Positions 52,491 to 60,000 of a stretch of 60,000 bases of DNA are shown piece by piece. The translations under genes and the position numbers were made by a program. Source of the DNA: Amphiscolops sp. MND2022 (lineage: Eukaryota); contig OZ076409.1 of NCBI GenBank assembly GCA_964187785.1, positions 31,560,001 through 31,620,000 on the forward strand, read 5' to 3'. How positions within the stretch are numbered: the first letter of the stretch is position 1; each line of letters opens with the position of its first letter. The notes beneath the pieces were generated by a model, which made no database searches, was not told the DNA's origin, and worked only from the letters and a program-made list of their open reading frames with translations.

Positions 52491-53448
52491 GGCCCCTACT
52501 TTTCAATACATATGTTAACAGCATGAAGAATTCGATTCAATCTCCTTTGTACTTGGTTCAGTATGCGGATGATACTTTTCTCTTCGGAGCAGCTAAAGAC
52601 ATTGCAACTGACGTTGGTTATCTGCAGAAAGGCATAAAAGAACTTTGATTTTTTTTCGCAATCCACCGTCTCAATGTAAATGCTGACAAGACAGAGTTCA
52701 TTGTTTTCTGTAGATCATCCAAAAACAGTTCAATAAAAAATGCTACGTTAAAGTTGGGGATTATTTGATTAAACGAAAAGATTCTGTAAAATATCTTGGA
52801 GTTTATTTGGATAGGAATCTCAATTATCAAGCAGAGGTGAAGAATATCTTACGAAAAATGGCTTGCAGTATCAAAACCATCTATTATGTCCGCGACTTCC
52901 TTCCAGAGAAAACCCGATTATTTCTATTAAATGCCCTTGTGATCAGCCATCTCCAGTATTCATCGGTATTATTGAATGGTATCTCTCAGAGCCTAATTTC
53001 GACTTTAGAAAAACAGTTGAATAGGGGTATAAAAGCGTGTTTCAATAGATATAAAATGGATTCAGCGCAGGATTTGAGAATAAAACACGGTATCATATCA
53101 GTTCGTAAGACGTTAGACATGAACGCTATCAAATTTTTCGGGAAATGGAAGCATAATCTTCTTCCCGCTTTTTCCCAGCTTAGATTAGAAACCGCCCGTA
53201 TAACAAGTCACGATAGAACTAAGAAATTGTACTATCGGGCTCATAAAAGAAGTGAACAAATGAGAAACAGTCTGTTCAAGAGAGTAGTGTCTCTGTGGAA
53301 CGTTTGGCCTGATAAAATGAAAAGTGGAAATCAAACGTATGATACACTGAAGAAGAGACTAAAGAAATATTTTACTGAGAAATTCATAAGTCAAGTTGAT
53401 AGACCGCAATATATCTGGAAATATTGGAGTGAGTATCGGTTTAAATAA
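51738..53448 (+). pseudogene. LINE reverse transcriptase and C-terminal domain (only complete copy)
   Basis: NYRPIS, FGFR, FLDLSNAFDSISH, VPQGSVLGP, QYADDT, KTEF, KYLGV. Confidence 0.92.
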
Positions 53449-53593
53449 TAATTTTAAATAAGTAATTTACAATATTGGTCATTCTTATCATTAATTTGAA
53501 TTTCACACTGCCCTCGTATGTGTGAAATCTTTTGTATTTTATCATAATGTGAGGAAATTCAGTGTTTTCTATTTGTAAGCGGAGCTCCTTCGG

Positions 53594-53731
53594 TGTAATG
53601 AAAATTTTTGTTCAGTGATTTTTTTTGTTAATTTTTTAGTTGCGAAAAAACGCTAATTTTTAATGATTTGTCTTGAAAATATGCTTAATTTATTGACTGG
53701 TTATATCAGGATCGATAATTCGAATACTACT
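53594..53731 (+). repeat. Fragment of the repeat found inverted at ~14360-14497
   Basis: TGCTTAATTTATTGACTGGTTATATCAGGATCG matches the reverse complement near 14375-14410. Confidence 0.8.
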
Positions 53732-53739
53732 AAAAGGTC

Positions 53740-54752
53740 ACACTGATAACTTTATCTGCAAACAATGCTTGAACAACAACCAACAGCAAGTGGAACCACC
53801 CTTAGAAACTCTCCGAAATATCAATCCTCCTGAACCCTCTGAATTCTGGAGACATTTGGACACCAGCGATCTTGAGAAATTGAAACTTAAGTATGATGAA
53901 GCCGCTCACTGGAAGTCTGTATTTTTCATAATTCCTGAAAGCAAAATTGGGTTTACCTTCATTGAAACATTGAATACTTTCTTCTCGAAAGCGTTGGAGA
54001 ATGATGAACACAAATTGTATGTCAATCACCATACGAATCAGTATTAGCATCTGCAATGCTAATGCCCCATTTAATTCTTGTCAGACCAAAAAATAACCAA
54101 GATGAATCAGCCAATAAGATACTGGCCAGGAGGCTTGAATCCTGGTTGAGCCACGATTTTGATCGCATCTTCAACGAGGCAAGAGCAATCCAAGAAAGAC
54201 TGCAGAAAGTCAATCACCAGAAACGTCTTAATTCCTTCAAAGAGTTTGATAAACATTTGGAATCGGGAAAACATCGAGTGTGTTTAACTGCGTTATAAAT
54301 GACAGTGATGGTGGTGTCTTGAATGTGAATGAAAAAATTGGCAGCAACAGAGTTCTAGACATTCTGAAAGAATAGCACCCGAGGTCTAAAAAGATCAATC
54401 GTGTTGAACCATTTGATTTCGAAACTCACTTGTCATCCTTCAATCCCCGAAAAGACTGTTGCGTCTGCAATCAAAAGAGCAGCATTGAAAACGAATGGCA
54501 GTCGTGGTCCATCAGGACTTGACGATAACGAATAGCGCAGGCTCCTAACTACTTTTAAAAAATCTTCGGCTGAATTTTGTAAAACCATCGCGAAATTGGC
54601 GCAACAAAGTGAATTTCCTCGGAAGTTAAAACGCGTGTAGGCTCATAGCACTGGATAAGAACCCAGGAGCAAGCCCATCGGAATCGGTGAAGTGCTCCGA
54701 CGCATTCTTGGCATAAGTATTGTAAAATGTATCAAAACTGATCTAAAACTTG
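53740..54752 (+). mobile_element. HERO-like RLE non-LTR retrotransposon fragment (N-terminal region and start of RT)
   Basis: HWKSVFFIIP..GFTFIE, MLMPHLIL, RRLESW..NEARAIQERL, GPSGLD, IALDKNPG.PIGIGEVLRRI. Confidence 0.8.
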
Positions 54753-55601
54753 GCCGACAAAGATCCAAATTGTTACTGTTGGAGAGTTTACAGTCTCGAA
54801 AAAAGTACCGGCTTTGCCAGTTGAAAAATATCCTAGGCATCACAAACATGGTTTGATCTCGATGGCGGTCCCCTCAGCGTTACCCCAAATACCAAATTAC
54901 AGTGAACCTGTAACGCTTTGTATCAAGCCCAGCTGTTACCCATCGATGGACTCAATAAGGAAAGCCACCATGAAAGCTGCTCTAGGCAAGAAATATGGCA
55001 ATTTGAACAAAAATCCTCGGAAGAATGACTTTGATGTCTTGGAAAATTGATAGTGTAACGAGACGGTTGTATGTCAAGTCCAGCGGCATTGCTGAAAACG
55101 AGGCATTTAAAATTATGGCAGTCTCGGACGATTTGAAAAAAAAACATTTTGGGCACCGATGTAATCATCGATTGTCAATCGTAAAATCGTCACGAAACTG
55201 AAGCTCCTGAGAAAGTTGCATCATGGACTGCCAAAGTTGTGAAACAAGTCGGACGGTGGCCCGTCGATTTGCATGCTGGTAGTCACACAATGTTTCTCTA
55301 TTGTGATCTTGTATAAAACGAGACGCTGGGCGACACTCAGACGGCTCTCCTTAGGTCCATTCCCCTCAAGAGTATAGCATTGGCGCAAATTATGGGTGAG
55401 GTGAACCCTAAGAGCTTCACAAACTTGCAGTGGAAGCGAGTCGTCAAACTCCAATTTCAGTCAATCAGTCTAACTCTTGCCAATGAGATGGGTCAAAAGA
55501 TGCCCTTCTTGAGCTGCGGACGCACCAACATTAGATTAGCATTCCGACCGGTGGTGCGGAATTCATCTGTTCGTTCTCCAACTTTTGGGAGGTTCAGTTG
55601 A
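54753..55601 (+). pseudogene. Minor capsid (penton) protein, frameshifted
   Basis: PVDLHAGSHTMFLYCDLV..LGDTQTALLRSIP..FQSISLTLANEMGQKMPF..GRTNIRLAFR. Confidence 0.8.
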
Positions 55602-55630
55602 TAGTCTACTTCAATTTGCTTGCTTTCACA

Positions 55631-56128
55631 ATGGATGCTCACTATGATTCGCAAATTAAATCAGTCGCCGCTCACACCAATTACAGTGGACCTGTCAGAC
55701 AGATGGGATCTGGAGGTGAGCTGGGAGCGTTTCCCGTCCGTATGGGACGTGTGGCTAATCCCTTGAAGAAGTAAGAAAATACGCCTGTAGCAATACAAGT
55801 TGGCATAAACTTGCCTGAGACTGCAATTCCTGAAATTGGAGATGTTGTGACAGGCAAAAGGAAGCCCAATCCGAAAGTTTTGGCCAATGTCGCGAAAGAG
55901 ACTGCTGCAAAAACAAGGAGTGAAATCTTGCCGGCGGGCGTCGCCTTTCGCCCGGGTGGCGAGCGGAAACCCGGGGCGGCGTCACGGTTGATGAATGACA
56001 GCGTCGGAGGCGGTGAACGGGCAGTGACAGGATTGGTCAACAGGAAACGAAACAATTCGACCAGCATTTCGCGAAAAACAGCCGCTAAAAAGTTGGTCCA
56101 ACATTTGTCTGAAATTTCAATGTTCTAA
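55631..56128 (+). pseudogene. Basic Gly-rich core protein (adenovirus pVII/pX-like Polinton gene)
   Basis: YSGPVRQMGSGGELGAF..MGRVANPLKK*..AIPEIGDVVTGKRKP and a basic tail; one internal stop. Confidence 0.6.
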
Positions 56129-56247
56129 TTAAAAACTCGGTAAGCTGGTGTCCGTCAACAATTTGAGCTAGCGTTGCTGCTGCTGCTTGAGCTCGTCAAA
56201 CGGTAGCTCTCAGTCGGTAGATTCGTCATTTGTCGGTTCAACGGAAC

Positions 56248-56314
56248 CTGCAAGAAAATTTTGAAAAAGTTTTGCAAATCGGCAATTTTTTTAGATGAAA
56301 TTGAATAAACTAAC
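56248..56314 (-). other. Putative 67-bp spliceosomal intron
   Basis: GAG|GTTAGT...AAAATTTTCTTGCAG|GT; AT-rich. Confidence 0.55.
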
Positions 56315-58665
56315 CTCGGAGAGATGAAGGTATTTTTTAATGACCATAGGCGAGAGAATTGATTCCATCATCTAGGATGTACCGCTTGTCGTCAAACGAG
56401 CTGAGAGCCATTTTTTGTCTACAGAGTTTACCGCAATTTCATGATTGAAGGAACGAGGGATGGAGTCATTCTTTTGGTGAAGTTTTTTCCGATAGAACGC
56501 ATTGTTTGAAAAGATCGTGATGCAGATTCTTTTTACCGTTTTGGAGACGCCTTTCGCACTCTGCTTTTTACTTCAACAAAATCTATACTATAAAGTTTGG
56601 ATCTCAGACATACTACCTTGCGAAGGATTTTGCCCTGCAGTTCATCTGTTATTGTCAAGGGTACCTTTTTGTTGGTAGGATCACACAAAAAATGTTCACG
56701 TGGATATTCTGAAAGGTCCAGTGGGTGCTTGAAACATGTCATGTCTACGCACAAGTCACTTGTCTCGATACTGTATAGGAAAGAATCAGTATCTTTGTAT
56801 GCCAGTTTTAATCGAGCCGCAGTTTACCGAGGAATCATCACTTCGTAGTCGAATTTGTAGAGAGAAAGTTTTTGATAGATCCAGAATAGCAGCACCCACG
56901 GGAGTTGGTTTGTCCCACACCACACAAGCCATTTTGAAGGAAACACTCACAATTTTCTCCTTGATGACCTGAAAAGACTTGAAAGATGCTTTCCCAACAA
57001 AAGATTCGGCCTGCCTTGCACTTGAAACAAACATAAAGTTGCTGCGCTTCCGTAGATTCTCTATGGTCTTTCTGAAGCAAGCATTACTTGTTAGTTTGAA
57101 AAAAAAGCTTTCTCGAAATCATTGTCTGCTTGTTTCCGCATAACATTGTTTTTTCTATGTAGACACCGAGCCACTTGCTCTGTTTGAATTCGCAAGCACG
57201 ATGCAGCCTGTTTACAACGAAACCGTGTTTGACATAGAATTTCAATTTTTCATAGTTAATGACATACATAGTACTTATCGAAGAGTCTCTATACATTTGG
57301 CTGTTTTGTTCGTCTTAACACCGAAGATTTCAGCATAGATAGCCAAGATTGTCGAAATATATTTTTCTCGGGTGCCAGTGGAAGGCCATTGTGAGCATCG
57401 TGTAAGTGCTTGGGATATAGAAAGTGAACTTCAACAAAGTAACCGAGAGGTGATTCAGTTGGAGTATCAAGCAATTCCCCTAAAGTGATAGACGTGTTCC
57501 ATTTGTAGTCTCCGCTTGGCATCAGTTGTTGCACTGTACCCGCGTAAAGGGATGTTACATCGAAAAAGGCACCAAACGTAGTGGCTTCACTGAAAAAAAA
57601 CTCGATAACAGGGGATTGTTAGCTGTAAAGTCTCGAATTTCACCATTTCCGTTGACTCCCAATCCACGTAATCGCGTTCGAAAAACAATAGTTTATCAAT
57701 ATCATCCAGCAAGCCCGGCTTGGCTTCCGTTGATATGAGTATAGCGTCCTAACTAAGGTTCGGGGCTGAAAAAAAGTGTGCCGGATCGACTCTGTACACC
57801 TTGATGCAAAACCTAAAGTTTTCAAAATTTTCAGTGAGAAGCAATACGTCGGTTTGTAAGTAAACATCATGATAATCACGGAGTGTTTTACAAGAGAACT
57901 CGTTGTAGATGGAAACATCTTAATCAAACTCTTGAGTAACGCTATCAATTGATCCCGTCAACGAGTTTTTCCAGTCGTTGCCATATGGTGACAAAAGTCC
58001 TTCAATTTCTCTGAAGCTATCCAAAACGCCGTAGAGAAAATAACCCTTCTCAATGAGCTTTTTGAATAACTCCTCCGAAATGTTGTAGAAGTAGCCACGA
58101 AGGTGAACGAAATCTTTAGACTGCAACGTTTTTACCAAAGCGTTAAGACTTTGACGCATAAATTGGAAGCTGTCGAGAAATCTGAGCGAATGGTATAGTG
58201 ACACTATTTGATTACGTTTGTCGTTATAACACCCTACGGTCACGGCAATACTAACAGAAGTGTAGGTTTCATCGGTCTTGGATATTGCTGAAAGTTTTTC
58301 ACCTGGTTTTAGCTGTAGATTTTTTGAAATTTTGTGCGAATCATATCGAGAAATTGTGGAAGAAAATTGGGAGCAAGATTGTTGATCTCGCTCTCAGATT
58401 GGCTTTTGAATGTGCCGCCACACCAAAGATTTCACCAGTCAAATGGCAATGATGAATGACCCGCGTTGACTTTTCAGCATTCTCACCACAAATATAAGTT
58501 TTTCGAATCTCCTGATAATTATTTTTCCCGCTCCTGTTTTGGAATTCGAAGCCAGCAAAATGTTTGCTTCTTATGATAACACCAGGGTCCATTCACGCCG
58601 CAGATTACAAAGTAATTTGTCGATGCAATTCGGGACGCGATAGAAGAAACTTTTCACAACTTCAG

Positions 58666-58722
58666 CTGAAAAATATTTGAAGCCCAGAAAAAAATTGAAA
58701 ACAACAAAATTGAACCACTCAC
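58666..58722 (-). other. Putative 57-bp spliceosomal intron in pPolB
   Basis: AC|GTGAGT...ATATTTTTCAG|CT; T-rich; removal gives GAVLIDMIPEVVKSFFYR. Confidence 0.65.
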
Positions 58723-59154
58723 GTATCATATCAATAAGAACGGCTCCGTAACTGGCAGGGTACTGTCGTTCAAATTCACGCGTTTTGGATCTTTCGTCGG
58801 AGCGGGATTCCGACAGTGGCACATTGTTTGCCTCCAAATCAGCGTACACCGTAAAAGGACATCGTTGTGTTTCAATTGCCAATTCACAAATTCAACTACT
58901 CGGTCTTGAAAGCGAGAATTGAACGCCTGAGTAGTAAACTCTACGGTTGCTGACGTGATTAAGATCAATTAAAGGTGAATCCCTTTTACCCTTGTTGAAA
59001 TGTATTGAATTCTGGATGCACCATCATCATTAGTTTGTCCAAGTAAACATGCATGACATTTGGCATACTTTCAGTTCAGTATGGTTAGAATGAACCTTTC
59101 TGACATAATTTCGATTGGAAGCCCAAAACATTTAACCGCCCTGCTATTACTACT

Positions 59155-59509
59155 AATATCGTATGACTGGGATTTGAGAAAAGCCAAGTTTTGCCCAAAA
59201 ATAGGCCATTTTTGAACTTTCAATTTCCTCAAAAACTGTCCATACGATTCGAACGAATTTTTCTATAGTCATTCTACAAGATATTAAGAGTCCTATATGT
59301 GCAATGGCATCAAAATCGTATGACCTGGAATTGAGAAACATAGCTGTTTGTCCATTCGATTCGAACAAAGTTTTCCAGTCATTCTACAGCATATTATGGT
59401 CCTATGCTTGCGATGGCATCAATATCGTATGACTGGGATTTGAGAAAAGTCAAATTTTGTCCAAAATTTGCCATTTATGACTTTCAATTTCCTCAAAAAC
59501 TGTCCAACG
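59155..59509. repeat. Satellite-like tandem repeat (~157-bp monomer, partial copies)
   Basis: AA(T/A)ATCGTATGAC..GGATTTGAGAAA at 59155, 59312, 59421. Confidence 0.7.
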
Positions 59510-60000
59510 AGTAGTAGTAGAGCCGATCAGACAGGTAGGTAGAGGTCCCCCATGTATTGATATAGGGCATACATCCGGATCCAGGTGAAGTTGGGTCCTG
59601 TGAGTAGTTTGGTTATATAGAGGTGGGTCCTCAAGCCAGGGGGTGTGTCCAAAAAAATTTTTCGGCTCAACGGAAATTCCGAGGACATAAGTGAGTCACA
59701 CACTTAATTCTGAAAATTTTTGAAAATCCGGGGAAAAAATCTTCAAAGAAGTGCGTACTCCCCCTCTAAACTCCACCTGCAAAATTTCGAAAAATTGAAA
59801 CATTTGAAAAAGACCTAAATGGTTTGAAACATTCGAAAAATGGATGAAACGTGTTTCAAGCATCACGAATATTTAAAAAATGTATGGAAGGGAAGTTCCA
59901 TTGAACATTTTGTCAGGACATGAAGAATTCGAAGACCATGAGAAAATAATTCTGAGGTCAACACTTTTAGTAACTTGGATATTTCTCCACACAGTTGGGA
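59510..60000 (+). mobile_element. Start of another insertion, possibly a Polinton TIR
   Basis: Satellite is cut abruptly by AGTAGTAGTAG; non-coding sequence follows. Confidence 0.35.

Larger units (their letters stand above)
28020..53590 (+). mobile_element. CR1/L2-group LINE, internally amplified
   Basis: One 5' UTR/ORF1 at the left and one complete RT C-terminus/3' UTR at the right, with repeated internal segments between. Confidence 0.9.
56167..59120 (-). pseudogene. polB: Protein-primed family B DNA polymerase, near complete but degraded
   Basis: VYADLEA, HCHLTG..GVAAH, FFHNF, RFLDSFQFM, FFDVTSLYAGTM (A), K..SNA.F.KT (B), YKDTDS (C), LRSKLYS, ALSSFDDKRY, AYGH. Confidence 0.93.
54753..59154. 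mobile_element. Degraded Polinton/Maverick element 2 (different lineage)
   Basis: Penton and basic core gene (+) converge on pPolB (-); ends in ...CTATTACTACT, a possible terminus. Confidence 0.88.

Overview
Eukaryotic (probably invertebrate animal; inference only) repeat-dense DNA with no recognisable intact host gene. Almost all of it is decayed, nested mobile DNA. (1) A CRE-clade RLE non-LTR retrotransposon (~0.9-13.3 kb) is split in three by a full-length Mag-like Gypsy LTR element (3059-8437, TSD CTTGA) and a 4-kb composite Mutator/foldback-like insertion (8692-12735, TSD AAACGCCAT) that carries MITEs, a LINE tail and tRNA-bearing foldback repeats. (2) There is a near-perfect 3943-bp tandem duplication. 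(3) A degraded Polinton/Maverick (adintovirus-like) element encodes pPolB, major capsid, integrase, packaging ATPase, a probable minor capsid and a protease (~15-28 kb). (4) A CR1/L2-group LINE has been internally amplified to ~25 kb from four recurrent junctions (28-53.6 kb). (5) The end holds a HERO-like RLE fragment, a second distinct Polinton whose pPolB appears to contain spliceosomal introns, and a short satellite. Most interesting: a Tf1-like self-priming signature in the Gypsy element, short in-frame GCGAAGC-type repeats in Polinton genes, the intron-bearing pPolB, a signal-peptide/cationic-peptide/2A module at the start of LINE ORF2, and the LINE-derived macrosatellite. All calls come from reading motifs by eye; no searches were run, and boundaries not tied to a TSD or junction are approximate.
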